64,000 bases of DNA. Source: a virus. Lineage: Duplodnaviria; Caudoviricetes. Positions 52,063 to 64,000 of the stretch are shown piece by piece. A program made the translations under genes and the position numbers. The number at the start of each line of letters is the position of its first letter. Within the stretch, counting starts at the first letter, position 1. The notes under the pieces are model-generated. The model saw only the letters and a list, made by a program, of their open reading frames with translations, was not told where the DNA came from and searched no databases. The DNA lies in the IMG/VR virus record IMGVR_UViG_3300021399_000106, positions 1-64,000 of that record, one strand, 5' to 3'.

Positions 52063-53193
52063 ATGGAATTAGCGTTATTAAAATTTATAAAAGAACATGA
52101 AAATTGGGAAGAATTATTAACTAGAGACCCATATAACCTAAAAATAAATAGAGATGGTAAATATATTATATTTAAATATAATCAATTATGTTCTGATTTT
52201 AATTTACCAGAAGTTCAAGAAGCCCGAGGTATAATTTTTAGAGAATCAGATTGGAAGTGTGTTTGTCACGCCTTCAATAAGTTTGGAAATTATGGTGAAT
52301 CATATTGCCCTGAAATAGATTGGTCAACTGCATCTGTTCAAGAAAAAGTTGATGGTTCATTAATGAAAGTTTGGTATGATGAATATTGGCATATATCAAC
52401 TAATGGTACTATAGATGCTTTTAAAGCACCATTAGAATGTGCTAATAAAGAAATAACTTCTTATGGAGAACTATTCTTATATTGTTTAAAAGAAAATAAA
52501 CCTTCATTTCCATTTCAAGATTTTATTTCATTTTTAGATAAAGAATATTGTTTTATGTTTGAAATGGTATCACCTTATAATAGGGTTGTTATTGAGTACC
52601 TTGAATCTAAGTTATATTATTTAGGATGTAGAAATATGAGCACTCATCAAGAGTATGGTTTTGCAGATTATTTTCATATTCCATTTGTTAATGGTTTGGG
52701 TAATATATTAAATATGCCAAAACTATATCCATTACATACCTTAAAAGAAGTTCAAGAAGCAGCAAATGCCTTACCTTGGAATGAAGAAGGTTATGTAGTA
52801 TGTGATGCTAATTTCAATAGAGTTAAGATTAAATCTCCAGAATATGTTTTAGCGCATCACGGAAGAACTAATGGTAATATTTCTATTTCAAGATTATTAG
52901 AAATAATTTTAAATAATGAGATAGATGAATTCTTAATTTATGCAGATGAATATAAAGATAAAATAAATAATTTAATTGCTGAAATGGAATTATTTAAAAC
53001 TCAAGTTAAATTAGAAATTATAAATCTAGCTCCAGCAAATTATACTTCAAGAAAAGAATATGCAGAAGTAGTTAAGAGATACCCAGCATATATGCAATAT
53101 TTCTTATTTAGATATAAAACTATTAATGAAGAATTTAAGAAAATAAATATTTCTGGTTGGAAAAAGATATTAAGTGCGAGAGGCATTATTTAA
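52063..53193 (+). CDS. T4 Rnl1-like RNA ligase
   Basis: EARG, KFGN, EKVDGSL, FEMVSPYNRVV, EEGYVV, RVKIKSPEY. Confidence 0.85.
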   Translation: MELALLKFIKEHENWEELLTRDPYNLKINRDGKYIIFKYNQLCSDFNLPEVQEARGIIFRESDWKCVCHAFNKFGNYGESYCPEIDWSTASVQEKVDGSLMKVWYDEYWHISTNGTIDAFKAPLECANKEITSYGELFLYCLKENKPSFPFQDFISFLDKEYCFMFEMVSPYNRVVIEYLESKLYYLGCRNMSTHQEYGFADYFHIPFVNGLGNILNMPKLYPLHTLKEVQEAANALPWNEEGYVVCDANFNRVKIKSPEYVLAHHGRTNGNISISRLLEIILNNEIDEFLIYADEYKDKINNLIAEMELFKTQVKLEIINLAPANYTSRKEYAEVVKRYPAYMQYFLFRYKTINEEFKKINISGWKKILSARGII

Positions 53194-53217
53194 AAATAAT
53201 TAAGGAGGAAATACTTT

Positions 53218-54763
53218 ATGCAATCAACTATAATTTTTGAACGAGAATCAACTTATAAACCTAATTTTAAAATTAGAACGGTTAAAGTTAAATTTGAAGA
53301 TACAGATAATACTGTTTTATACTTTTCCCAAGTTCTTAATGGGGATTCAATTATATTTCAACAAACGTATAAAAATAAAACTTACGCTATAAGTAAAGCA
53401 AAACAGTTTGATGATGATTTGGCTTGGCATAAAGATATAAATATATTAAATTTATTATATAATAAACAAGAGAAAGAAGGACTGATTAAAAATGATTAAA
53501 ATAATAAAAAATGGAAAATTACCTAAAGAAGATAAGGTGATATTTAGAACAAAATGTGATAAATGTAATTGTGAGTTTAAATTTGAGCAAGAAGATTTTA
53601 CTAAAATTGAGAGACGTATTGATGGATATTATTTTATAGCCTGCCCATGTTGCGGTTATGAAATTGTCGGTAAATATGAAGACTTTAATCCTCAAGTGAT
53701 TAAAGTAGATACTAAGGAGGAATAGATTATGAGTTGTTATATTAGAAGTAAAGATGGTATATTTGGCGTATTGAATTTAGGAGAATTCTATACTGATAAT
53801 GTAGGAGATTATCCTTTAGAATATGCTTTAAAAACCGCTAGTAATCCAATAGAATTATGTGATGGTTTTTATATTGATCATGAAGATAGTAAGTTTAGTC
53901 TAACAAGAGTTTTTTCAGATTTTGACAAAGCAAAAACTTTGTATGATTCATTTAAAAAATTAGGAATTAAAGTAAAGTTAATCGGTTTTATTAAGACAGA
54001 TAAAGGTTTATTATTTTGTCTTATATATGACGATGAAGATAATAGGTTTTTTACTTTGTGGGAAAATATAGATTTTAAATATTACAATAAATGGAAAGAT
54101 AGTGTAATTAGAGGTGAATAAATAATGGAAAAAGAAAAAATGCCAATGACGTTGTGTGGTTATCAAATACCAAGCAAAGATATAAAAATTAGGAAAAAAT
54201 ATTTGGCTTCTGATGGTTGGAGATGGTATATAGAAGTTGCCGATTATGGGTGGGTTATATCTAATGCACCTGGATATGAAACATATACCAAAGACGGTTA
54301 TAAAAACAACTTAGGTTATGAAAAGAACTTTGAAGAAGCATATCAGTGGTTATTAGAAACATGTAAAAGAAATGACTGGACATTAAAAGAGATAGGAACT
54401 TCAGAAGAAGAAAAAGAAGTTTTGGATGATGAAGAATGTAATTTAGATATAAATAAGTCTTTATATAATATTGAAAATAGAAAAATATATGAATATGATG
54501 ATGACATCGCTATTTTATTCTATAAAGGATATAAAGTAGCAAAAGGAACCGTTGAAACATTTAGATGTAATTGGTGTGAAGAAATGAGTAATTGTAAGGA
54601 TATGAACGATTTTCTAGATGATATTGGTGTAGAACTTGTCGTAGAATTAGATGATGAGGATGTTAAAGATAATTGGGAACACATTTGGGATGAGTTGGAG
54701 TGGAATGAAGAAAGTAAATCGTATAAATATAAAAATTGGGAATGGATTGTATTAGATCTTTAA
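53218..54763 (+). other. four hypothetical ORFs (53218-53499, 53492-53725 Zn-ribbon, 53729-54121, 54125-54763)
   Basis: ORF track, RBSs. Confidence 0.65.
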
Positions 54764-54809
54764 TTTTTAATTGTATTATAATTATATTAGAATAAACAGG
54801 AGGTAACAT

Positions 54810-55835
54810 ATGATAAAATTTATAATGTTAATTGGTTTACCAGGAAGTGGTAAATCTACCTACGCAAACAAATTAATAGATAATAATACCGTATGGTTAT
54901 CTTCTGATAAAATAAGAGAAGAAATTTATGGAACTGAAGAGGAACAAAAAAATCCAGCATTAGTTTTCTCAATTATGTTTGATAGAACAGTTGAAAATCT
55001 AAATAATAATAAGAATGTTATTTATGATGCTACAAATATTAATAGAAAACTTAGAAAAGATTTATTAGATAGATTAAAAAGAAAAGTAAATAATGTCTAT
55101 TATGAATGTGTGCTAGTATATACAAACTTAGAAGAATGTAAGAAAAGAAATTCAAAAAGAGATAGAAAAGTTCCTGAATCTATAATTGATAAAATGGTTA
55201 AAAATTTTGAAGTTCCTGTTAAAGGAGAAGGTTGGGATAATATTGAAGTTAATTATACAACTAAACCATCAGTACCTTATGATAAAGTTATTGATATTTT
55301 TGTAAGTAAAGAGCCTCATGATAATCCTCATCATAATATGGATATTGATTTACATATGTATGCTGCTTGGGATTATTATGTAACACATTATGAATATGGT
55401 ATAGATAATTATTTAAAATATGCCATCTTATTTCATGATATAGGTAAGAAATTCTGTAAAACATATTATAATAGAAGGAATGAATTATGTGAAAAGGCAC
55501 ATTATTACCAACATGCAAATGCTGGAGCATATTTCGCTTTTGATATAGATTTTTCTAATTATAATGACCCTTATTTTGATGGAATATATCAAGATAAAGA
55601 ATTTACAGAAAATGATAAATACAATATGATAATATTAATTAACTATCATATGAGACCTCTAGAAGCTTGGAAGGATTCTAAAAAATCTGAAAATAAAGAT
55701 AAACTAATTTTAGGTGATAAATTATTTAATTATCTTGAAATATTACATGATTGTGATAAGAATTCTGAAGAGGATGAAAAGTTTGTTAAATGGTTTCTTG
55801 AAAAAATGGTTAAGGTATATAGAGGTGAAAACTAA
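54810..55835 (+). CDS. polynucleotide kinase-like (AAA_33 P-loop) fused to HD domain
   Basis: GLPGSGKST, SSDKIR, YDATN, RN..R; H..LFHDIGK..H..HM..D. Confidence 0.82.
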   Translation: MIKFIMLIGLPGSGKSTYANKLIDNNTVWLSSDKIREEIYGTEEEQKNPALVFSIMFDRTVENLNNNKNVIYDATNINRKLRKDLLDRLKRKVNNVYYECVLVYTNLEECKKRNSKRDRKVPESIIDKMVKNFEVPVKGEGWDNIEVNYTTKPSVPYDKVIDIFVSKEPHDNPHHNMDIDLHMYAAWDYYVTHYEYGIDNYLKYAILFHDIGKKFCKTYYNRRNELCEKAHYYQHANAGAYFAFDIDFSNYNDPYFDGIYQDKEFTENDKYNMIILINYHMRPLEAWKDSKKSENKDKLILGDKLFNYLEILHDCDKNSEEDEKFVKWFLEKMVKVYRGEN

Positions 55836-56602
55836 TGTCTGATTATATAACTATTGTAGATTATAATAAAAGATTTAAAGAAGCTGATATTAAGTTAAAA
55901 GATTATATGCAATCATTTAATCCTAAATCAGCCACATTTGTTAAAATTGATGATGAATTAATTCAAATAACCAAAGTGGATAAGAAATATTATGATTGTA
56001 TTGTAGATCACCTAAGTTTAATACCTATGGGTGGAGTTATATATTTAAAAGATTAAAGAGGTGATTAAATAAATGCCAAAAAAGATTAATAATAAAAATC
56101 TAGTTCCTAGAAAGCGTAAATTAGTTGCACCAAAAGCATCTTTAATTTATAGTTCTGATTTTGTTGCAATGTTATATAAAAAATGTACCAGATATGAAGA
56201 AATGGAAAATGGTTTAAATATTGATTTAGAAACTTTATTTAATGCCATTGCAAAAGGAATATATTGTAATAATAAATTTATTCAAGTAAAATTAGGTGTA
56301 AATATTAATGGACAATTCGTTTTATATGGAAATGATGGTTCTATTTTTAAATTAAGCGATTATAAAAAGATTTGGTTTTTAAAGAAAGATAAGAGTGAAT
56401 AGATATGAAAAGTTATTTTGATGAAGTTAGATATGATTATGGTGAGTTTAAAAGTTTAAACGATTTTTCAGATTTAGGTCAAGAATGGGCTGAAGAATTA
56501 GCAAACTATTTTGATGATACAAATAAAGCACAAATGGAAAGTTTATTAATGTTACTTAATATGGCTTATGATTTAGGACTAAAGAAAGGTAAGAGTAAGT
56601 AA
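55835..56602 (+). other. three short hypothetical ORFs (55835-56056, 56073-56402, 56405-56602)
   Basis: ORF track. Confidence 0.6.
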
Positions 56603-56603
56603 T

Positions 56604-56897
56604 ATGGAAGATATTAAATTAGAAAATAAAGAAATGGAAAAGAATGTAAACCATCCAGACCATTATAATACACATCCTATGGAATGTATTGATGAAATGG
56701 TTGTTGTTTTTGGTTTTGATGCTGTTATAGATTTCTGTAAATGTAATGCTTGGAAATATAGATACAGAGCTGGTAATAAAGATGATATTAAACAAGATTT
56801 AGCAAAGTCAGATTGGTATCTAAATAAAGCAAAAGAGTTACAATCTATGAAAAATGGAAATCCTTATTATGATAGTAGAGGAGTTAAATTACTATAA
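56604..56897 (+). CDS. DUF3310-like phage protein
   Basis: VNHPDHYN, ECID, NAWKY.YRAG.K, DLAKS.WYL. Confidence 0.75.
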   Translation: MEDIKLENKEMEKNVNHPDHYNTHPMECIDEMVVVFGFDAVIDFCKCNAWKYRYRAGNKDDIKQDLAKSDWYLNKAKELQSMKNGNPYYDSRGVKLL

Positions 56898-57202
56898 TGG
56901 TTGATAAAAATTTTAGAGACAGATTAAATTATTATTGCGAAATTAATGAAATTGATGATGAGGATAGACCTTTAATTTTAGATAATTCAGCATATGATAA
57001 TTCAATAATTGGTATTAGTAATGATAATAGATTAATTTATGATTATGGAAAAATGCTTGTTGAATATTCTCAAGATAATAAATGCACTATTGAAGAAGCA
57101 ATGGAATGGATTGAATATAATACTATAAGAGCAATAGCATATAATAGTGATGAGCATAAACCAATTATAATTTATAATAGACAAGTTATTGAGGAGATAT
57201 AA
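56897..57202 (+). CDS. hypothetical protein
   Basis: YDNSIIG..IYDY..EEAMEWIEYN. Confidence 0.7.
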   Translation: MVDKNFRDRLNYYCEINEIDDEDRPLILDNSAYDNSIIGISNDNRLIYDYGKMLVEYSQDNKCTIEEAMEWIEYNTIRAIAYNSDEHKPIIIYNRQVIEEI

Positions 57203-57759
57203 TGATTGATAAACAAGATATTAAAGTTGAAATATTAAAATATCCAACAGAACAAGATTGGCTATGGGCTAAAACTTGTACTTTAAATACTGTAGGTAAA
57301 AAATTAAAATCTTCAACAAAAAGTGTTGATAATGAATATAAGGCAAAATTATTAGCATCTGAACATAGTCCTATTAGAGAATTATGATTTGGTATTAGAT
57401 TAACAATCCCATATTTCATTTCAGTTCATATAGTTAGACATCATATTGGTTGTAACCATTATGTATCAACCCAGAGAGATGATAGACATCCTGAAAGAGA
57501 AATATCAAGAGAGGATTTACCACAAGGACAATTCGTATCTCATATTTTATCAATTAATGCACAGGAATTAATGTTCTTTATGCATAAAAGATTATGTAAT
57601 CAAGCAGATCCTATAATGAGATATGTAGCTAATATGATAAAGAAAGAAGTATTAAAAACAAATCCTGAATTTGAAGGATTATTAGTTCCTTTATGTGAAT
57701 ATAGAAATAATAAATGCACAGAAATGTTCCCTTGTGAAAAAGCTAAAACTTTTAATTAA
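57202..57759 (+). CDS. thyX: ThyX-like flavin-dependent thymidylate synthase (TGA=Trp)
   Basis: EHSPIREL(W), VHIVRHH..VSTQR, INAQEL..KRLC..A; TGA at 57385 joins two ORFs. Confidence 0.75.
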
Positions 57760-57790
57760 TTGTATAATTTATATATAGGTGGTGATATTT

Positions 57791-58582
57791 ATGGCAAATA
57801 TATTTAAGAGATTATGGCATAAAATAACAAGAAAGCCATATTGGTATCCTAATAAAGAATCTCAAAAAATGTTAAGAAAAGAAGCTGATGAGTTAATTGG
57901 TTGGGATAAAAGCATAAATCCATGTTGGAATAAATCTTGGAAATATTTTATTAAAAGACAATATCCTTGGTATGGCTTACTTGAATTATGTCAATTCAAA
58001 ATAATAGAAATGAGAGATTATATGCAAAATCACTCTTTTATTAATGAAGAAGATACTCAAAAACAAATAAAACAAATGACTGAGGTTATTGAATTAGGTA
58101 AAAAAATATTAGCAGATGAATATGAAAATGCTGCTTTCCAATGGAATAGAGATAATGAGGTTGGTATTACAATAATTTATAAAAAACCAGATTATCCAAA
58201 AAATGCCACATTTAAAGATAAAATTTCTTATAATAAGAAAAGAGAGGAATTAGGTAGATTATATAATACCGGAATTTTTGAGGAAATTATTGGAAACTCA
58301 GATTTCTATGATGAACGTTTATCTGATGAGGGTAAAACTAGATTATATAACTATGTTAAGGATAAAGATACTAGAAAATTATCTGAATGGTTAAAAGACA
58401 ATAATTTAACTGAAAATGATATAGAAACAGCATATACTTCTGAATATACAAATGGTTTAAGTGAGGAAGAAAATCATAAAATATCAACACAAATGTATGA
58501 AGAGGCTTGGCAAGATAGGAGAAATGATATCGCTAAATACTTTGAATGTATTGGTGAATATGAATATACGTGGGGTGATTAA
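57791..58582 (+). CDS. hypothetical protein
   Basis: Trp-rich ORF, all Trp as TGG. Confidence 0.75.
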   Translation: MANIFKRLWHKITRKPYWYPNKESQKMLRKEADELIGWDKSINPCWNKSWKYFIKRQYPWYGLLELCQFKIIEMRDYMQNHSFINEEDTQKQIKQMTEVIELGKKILADEYENAAFQWNRDNEVGITIIYKKPDYPKNATFKDKISYNKKREELGRLYNTGIFEEIIGNSDFYDERLSDEGKTRLYNYVKDKDTRKLSEWLKDNNLTENDIETAYTSEYTNGLSEEENHKISTQMYEEAWQDRRNDIAKYFECIGEYEYTWGD

Positions 58583-58584
58583 TT

Positions 58585-59082
58585 TTGGGAATTAAAGAAT
58601 TAATTGAGGAAAGAAAAAAAATCAAAGAAAATAAGAAACTAATAAAGGAATTTCCGTTTTTACTCCCTAGAAATGTATGGACAGGAGAGGCAATTAGTAA
58701 TTATGACTACTCATTTACCGAATTAGACTCTATGCCTGATGGTTGGCGTAAATCATTTGGATTGGATATGTGTAAAGAAATTAAGGAAGAACTTTTAAAA
58801 TACAATGCCTTAGATGATTATAGAATAACACAAATTAAGGAAAAGTATGGAAGTTTAAGATGGTATGATAATGGGTATCCAAAAGATAGTAAAATAGGGG
58901 ATATCATTGAAAAATATGAAAAATTATCTGAAGAAGTTTGTATTAACTGTGGTAAACCTGCAAAGTACTATACTAAAGGATGGATTTCTTTTATTTGTGA
59001 GGATTGTAAAAATAAAATTATTAAGGAAAATAATTATTATTCCGAAGATTCTTTTGCATTAATTGAAGAGGAAGGTATATAG
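58585..59082 (+). CDS. conserved phage hypothetical protein
   Basis: PDGW, QIKEKYGSLRWY, CINCGKP..CEDC. Confidence 0.7.
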   Translation: MGIKELIEERKKIKENKKLIKEFPFLLPRNVWTGEAISNYDYSFTELDSMPDGWRKSFGLDMCKEIKEELLKYNALDDYRITQIKEKYGSLRWYDNGYPKDSKIGDIIEKYEKLSEEVCINCGKPAKYYTKGWISFICEDCKNKIIKENNYYSEDSFALIEEEGI

Positions 59083-59280
59083 TAGTATGGAAGTAAATAA
59101 CAATTTATTAACTTTTTTTGTTAACTTATTAGAAGAAGACTTTAATAATGTCGATGCATTATTAATGTTGAAAGAATGTGCAATGAATCAATGGAAGAAT
59201 GGTGAATTAACTGATTCTCAACACTGCGATATCGAGGCATATTTAGACTATAAATTAAGTTTATTATAGGATGTGATAAT

Positions 59281-60285
59281 ATGAAGTATTTTGTTGTGAG
59301 TGATATTCACTCATTTGGAAATATTTTAGAAAAAACTTTAAAGAAGTGTGGTTTTAATAAAAGAGATAAAAATCATACTTTAATTGTTTGTGGAGATATT
59401 TTTGATAGAGGACTAGATACAATTAAAGTTTATAATTATTTAAAATCCATTCCTAAGAAAAGATGTATTTTAATTAGAGGAAATCATGAATCTCTTTATT
59501 TTAGTTTATTAAATAAGTATTATCCTGAATCACATGATTTTAGTAATGGTACCGTATCCACTTTTGTTCAAATAGCTGGATATGATTTAGATGTTCAATA
59601 TGACTTGAGATATGGATATCATATGTCCTATGGTTCATATTTTGAGTATGAACATATTGACCCTGAATGTAAAGATAAATGGAGAGATATTAAGAAAAAG
59701 GTAAAAGAGTCCGAAATTACTAAATGGTTACAATCTAAACAATGGATAAATTATTATGAATTAGATAACTATATATTTGTTCATTCATTTATTCCTTTAA
59801 AATTTCATGAAGAAGATTATAGAGGATTTAATGAAGATTATTGTATATATTATGGTTGGGTTCAAGCATTTGAGGAAAAACCTAATTGGCGTGAATCTAC
59901 TAATGAAGAATGGGATAAAGCAACTTGGGGTTGTGCATATACATTCTTTGATGCTGGTTTATTTAATCAAGAAAAAGTTAAAAATAAAATATTAGTTTGT
60001 GGACATTATAAATGTTCTGCATTTAATGAACATTATCTTAATATAGAAACAGATGATATTTATTATGGTAAAAATTTAATTGCAATTGATGCTACAACCG
60101 CTTTAAGTAATAAAATAAATGTATTAATAATAGATGAGGACGGAAAATGTTATGACCAAAATGGTTTATTGAAATATAAAAAACCAATACCCATTATAGA
60201 AACTGTAACAGTAAGTCCAGAAGAATACAAAAAATTGGTTGAAGAGGAATATCAAAAATATGCTAATGATGTAACAAATTCTTAG
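59281..60285 (+). CDS. calcineurin-like metallophosphoesterase
   Basis: SDIH, GDIFDRG, RGNHE, FVH, CGH. Confidence 0.85.
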   Translation: MKYFVVSDIHSFGNILEKTLKKCGFNKRDKNHTLIVCGDIFDRGLDTIKVYNYLKSIPKKRCILIRGNHESLYFSLLNKYYPESHDFSNGTVSTFVQIAGYDLDVQYDLRYGYHMSYGSYFEYEHIDPECKDKWRDIKKKVKESEITKWLQSKQWINYYELDNYIFVHSFIPLKFHEEDYRGFNEDYCIYYGWVQAFEEKPNWRESTNEEWDKATWGCAYTFFDAGLFNQEKVKNKILVCGHYKCSAFNEHYLNIETDDIYYGKNLIAIDATTALSNKINVLIIDEDGKCYDQNGLLKYKKPIPIIETVTVSPEEYKKLVEEEYQKYANDVTNS

Positions 60286-60304
60286 AATAGAAAGGAGTGA
60301 TATA

Positions 60305-61225
60305 ATGCCAAAATTTAATTTAAATCCTAGTTTTAAACACTGGGAAAAGTATGATAATATCTTTATAATTAGTGATACCCACTTTGGTGATATAGTAACT
60401 GATACCATAAATGGAAATGATTATAGAGAAAAAAATACTGGTATTAAAACTCCTACTATTGATGAACAAGTTGCAAAAATAAATAAAATTTGTCATAAAA
60501 ATGATTTATTAATTATTTTAGGAGATATTGGTGATATTGAACCTATTAAGAAAATTAAAGCAGGTTATAAAGTATTAATTATGGGTAACCATGATCAAGG
60601 TAAATCTAATTATGAAAAACATATAAAATTAAGACCAGCTACCTATGAGGATATAAATGATAAATCTAAATTAATTTATAATTTCACCCCTCCAGTTGGT
60701 ATAGATACAATGAGGTGGTTAAGATTTGCAAGTATGGAATTAAATATTCCTTTATCAACTATTCATGAATATTTTAGAAATCCTAATAATTATGTGGAAT
60801 TAAAGCCAGATAAAGAAGCAATTTGTGGTATACAGGAATGTATAGCTGTTGTTGAAGTAGAAAATAAAGGTTTATTTGATGAAGTATGGCCTGGTGTTTG
60901 TCCAATAAAGGAAGATATAGTATTAAGTCATGAACCTTATGATTCTAAATATTGCTTAAATATTCATGGTCATGACCATAATTGTCAACTAATGAAGGAT
61001 TTAATTAAAGGAAAGGAAATTAAACCTGAAGAATATTTCGATACACAATTAAGTTATTGTAAGGATGCAAAACGTTATTATCTTAATGTTTGTTCTGAAT
61101 GGGTTAATTATGAACCAGTAAACCTAAAAAACATTATAAAATCCGGAATTTTAAAGGAAATACCTAATATTCATAGGGAAGCTATAGATAAGCAAATAGA
61201 AAATCCTGTTCATAATAAACACTAA
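60305..61225 (+). CDS. calcineurin-like metallophosphoesterase
   Basis: SDTHFG, LGD, GNHD, LSHEP, IHGHDH. Confidence 0.85.
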   Translation: MPKFNLNPSFKHWEKYDNIFIISDTHFGDIVTDTINGNDYREKNTGIKTPTIDEQVAKINKICHKNDLLIILGDIGDIEPIKKIKAGYKVLIMGNHDQGKSNYEKHIKLRPATYEDINDKSKLIYNFTPPVGIDTMRWLRFASMELNIPLSTIHEYFRNPNNYVELKPDKEAICGIQECIAVVEVENKGLFDEVWPGVCPIKEDIVLSHEPYDSKYCLNIHGHDHNCQLMKDLIKGKEIKPEEYFDTQLSYCKDAKRYYLNVCSEWVNYEPVNLKNIIKSGILKEIPNIHREAIDKQIENPVHNKH

Positions 61226-61393
61226 ATTAAATAGATATTATTTTTACGCAAACTTTTCCTTTCATAGCGTTTAAATAATATCTTTTTTTATTGATTATTG
61301 TATATTTAATTAGCAGAATTTAATAAGAATATTTGAGTTTATATTATATAAAATACTCTTTAAATTGTATATTAACGTAAAGGAGTTGATTAA

Positions 61394-62068
61394 ATGTCTT
61401 GTTGACTTGAAAATGAGTGTAAAAAACTTCATTGTAATGATAAAAATGGTTGTATGATTCAATATAAATTAGATTATTTATTTAATGAAGCAGGCATACC
61501 TTTAAATAGAAGAAAATCTCAATCCTTAGTAACAGATGCAGATGGCACTGACAGAGAACAATTTATTAAATTAAAATCTATTCAAGATAATATTCTAGAT
61601 TTTGTAAATAATGGTGATAATTTATATATTTATAGTATTCAAGCAGGTAATGGTAAAACATCTTGAGCGATAAGATTATTACAAAGCTATTTTAAAAAAA
61701 TATGACTTAAAACAGAATTAAAATGTAGAGCTTTGTTTATAAATGTTCCAAGTTTTCTACTAGCATTAAAAGCGAATATTAATGAACCTAATGAGTATTA
61801 CAAACATATAAATGAATATGTTTTAGATTGCGATTTAGTTATTTGAGATGATATTGGAAACAAGGTAGGAACTGAATTTGAAATCTCTCACCTTTTAAGT
61901 ATTATTGACACAAGAATAAATAGTGGAAAAGCAAACATTTATACATCAAATATTCTACCTGAACAATTAGGTAATTTATTAGATATTAGATTAGGTAGTA
62001 GAATTGTAAATGCATCAGAATGCATTCAATTTAAAGGCGGAGATAAAAGATCTCTTAATTTAGAGTAG
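61394..62068 (+). CDS. DnaC/IstB-like helicase loader ATPase (TGA=Trp)
   Basis: Walker A GNGKTS(W), Walker B LVI(W)DDIG, YTSN, RLGSRI, GGDKR; four in-frame TGA. Confidence 0.88.
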
Positions 62069-62085
62069 CAAGGAGTTATAAGTAA

Positions 62086-63351
62086 ATGGTACAGTTACAA
62101 ACATTAAATAAAATATTACAGGATAAAGATCCTTCAATAATAACTTTAAATAATTTAAATGCAGATTATTTTCCAGAATATATTCCTGAGTTTTACTTTA
62201 TTAAAGAGCATCTAGATAAATATGGTTGTTTACCTGATATAGAAACATTTACAGCTAAGTTTGAGGATTTTGATGTTATTGAAGTTAATGAGCCTACAGC
62301 ATATTTGTTAGAGGAACTTTATAATGATAAAATTAGAAGAGATTTAACTAATGGATATAATCAGTTAAGACCCCTATTAATTAATGGGGATAAAGATGCT
62401 ATTGATAAAGCATTAATGCTAGTTAAAGAAACTGCAGAGAAGTCCGCTCAAGCAATAAGTTTAAATTGTGTTAACTTGTTTGAAGACACAAGTAGATATG
62501 ATGCTTATGTAGAAAGAACTGAAAATTATGATAAATATTTTATAACTACAGGATTTGATGAGTTAGATAAGGTTATTGGCGGTTGAGATGTAAAGGAAGA
62601 ATTAGCTACTATAGTTGCAAGAACTGGTATAGGTAAATCATGGTTTCTTATTAAATCTGCAACGGCTGCTGCATTACAAGGAAAAAGAGTAGGTATATAC
62701 TCAGGTGAAATGTCTGCTAATAAAGTTGGTTACAGAGCGGATACCTTAATAAGCCATTTATCAAATGGAGCATTAATTCATGGTGGTGCAAGTGTTAAAA
62801 ATGAATATAAAAGATTCTTAGATGAATTAAAGGAAAAGAATTTAACTTGTTATGTTTTAACACCAAAAGATGTTAATGGAGCAGCAGGTGTATCTGCATT
62901 AAGAGCATTTGTTGAAAAATATAATTTAGATGTATTATATATTGACCAACATTCATTACTTGATGATGATAGAAAAGCTAAGAATCCTGTTGAAAGAGCT
63001 GCAAATATATCTAAAGATTTAAAGATATTACAGGTTACTAAACAAATTCCAATTATTACAGTATCACAACAAAACAGAGAGCAAGTTGAAGGAAAAACAT
63101 TTGATACAACTCAATTAGCTCAATCTGATAGAATTGCTCAAGATTCAACTATTATTATATTTATTGAAAGAAAAGCTGATTTATTTAAATTACATTTAGT
63201 AAAATCAAGAGATACAGAAAATGGTAAGGTATTATCATACAAAGTTGATTTAAATACAGGTACTTTTCAATACATTGTTGAAAATGAAGATGGTGAAAGC
63301 ACTCAAGTACAATATGGAGATACCACTTATTCAGAAGACGAGGTATTTTAA
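62086..63351 (+). CDS. DnaB-like replicative helicase (TGA=Trp)
   Basis: TGFDELDKVIGG(W)..ARTGIGKS, SGEM, YIDQ, SQQNR, SDRIAQD, KSR. Confidence 0.92.
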
Positions 63352-64000
63352 TGAATAACTATATTGAAGTTAAACGTAGACGTATATATACTCCTTTATG
63401 GGATATTATTATGGATATTAAAAGACAACTTCATAATGGTAAACTTAGAGAAGTTAGAACACCTAAGGATAATAATATTAGAGTAACATGTCCACATCAT
63501 AAAAATGGCTTAGAATCTGATCCAGATTGCAATATTTATATTGGTCCTGATATGAAAGATGCGTCAGGTAATCTTATTGTAGCTTATGGAACAGCTAACT
63601 GTTTTGCTTGTGATTTTAAAGGTGATTTTGTAAAATTTGTAGCAGAATGTTTTGACAAAAGTTATGAATGAGCAGCAGATTGGCTTATCGATAATTACTA
63701 TACTGGATCTTATGTTGAAGATATTGAGCTAGAACCTATTATATTAGCTAAATCTAAAAGACAATATCTTCCAGAATCAATTCTAAATGAATTTGAAGAT
63801 TTTCATCCATATATGTTACAAAGAAAATTAACAAAAGATGTAATTAAAGAATTTGAAATAAAGTATGATCCAAAAACAGAATGTTTAGTATTTCCTGTTA
63901 GAGATGAAAAAGGTAAATTGTGAATGCTAACAAGGCGTTCTGTTAAGGATAAAAAATTCATAATAGATAAAGAGAAACAGAAACCTGTATATTTATTATA
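63351..64000 (+). CDS. DNA primase, partial (TGA=Trp)
   Basis: CPHH..CFAC zinc finger, YMLQRKL, LVFPVRD; TGA at 63669 and 63921 read through. Confidence 0.85.

Noticed and set aside
57202-63671. Pseudogene interpretation of split thyX, loader, helicase, primase and ligase
   Set aside because: Every break is an in-frame TGA with no frameshift, and a UCA tRNA is encoded.

Overview
Very AT-rich segment of a large (jumbo-type) lytic phage genome, essentially all genes on the + strand, probably infecting an anaerobic low-GC Bacillota/Mollicutes-like host (inference). Left third: short hypervariable ORFs behind repeated TTGATT-N17-TATAAT promoters. Middle: tmRNA, a full nicotinamide-to-NAD salvage cluster (pncA, nadE, Nudix, pncB, NMNAT), large unassigned structured ncRNAs, a tRNA(UCA)+TrpRS pair and a ~30-tRNA array covering all 20 amino acids. 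Right: Tpt1/KptA, a DUF2828 (Ro60/TROVE-like + vWA) protein, DNA ligase, GrcA, RNA ligase, kinase-HD, ThyX-like, phosphoesterases, DnaC-like loader, DnaB-like helicase, primase (runs off the end). TGA is read as Trp in a subset of genes, so the supplied ORF track splits many of them. Best candidate for a new system: eight copies of a covarying RNA 'clamp' (AG-N4..AC(A/T)GC(A/G)A ... N4'-CT(A/T)G) holding intact, truncated or circularly permuted tRNA modules, clustered around the Ro60-like gene, resembling a Y-RNA/Ro-type tRNA-mimic system. A possible codon-sampling leader-peptide attenuator precedes the tRNA array. All calls are by eye; no searches were run.
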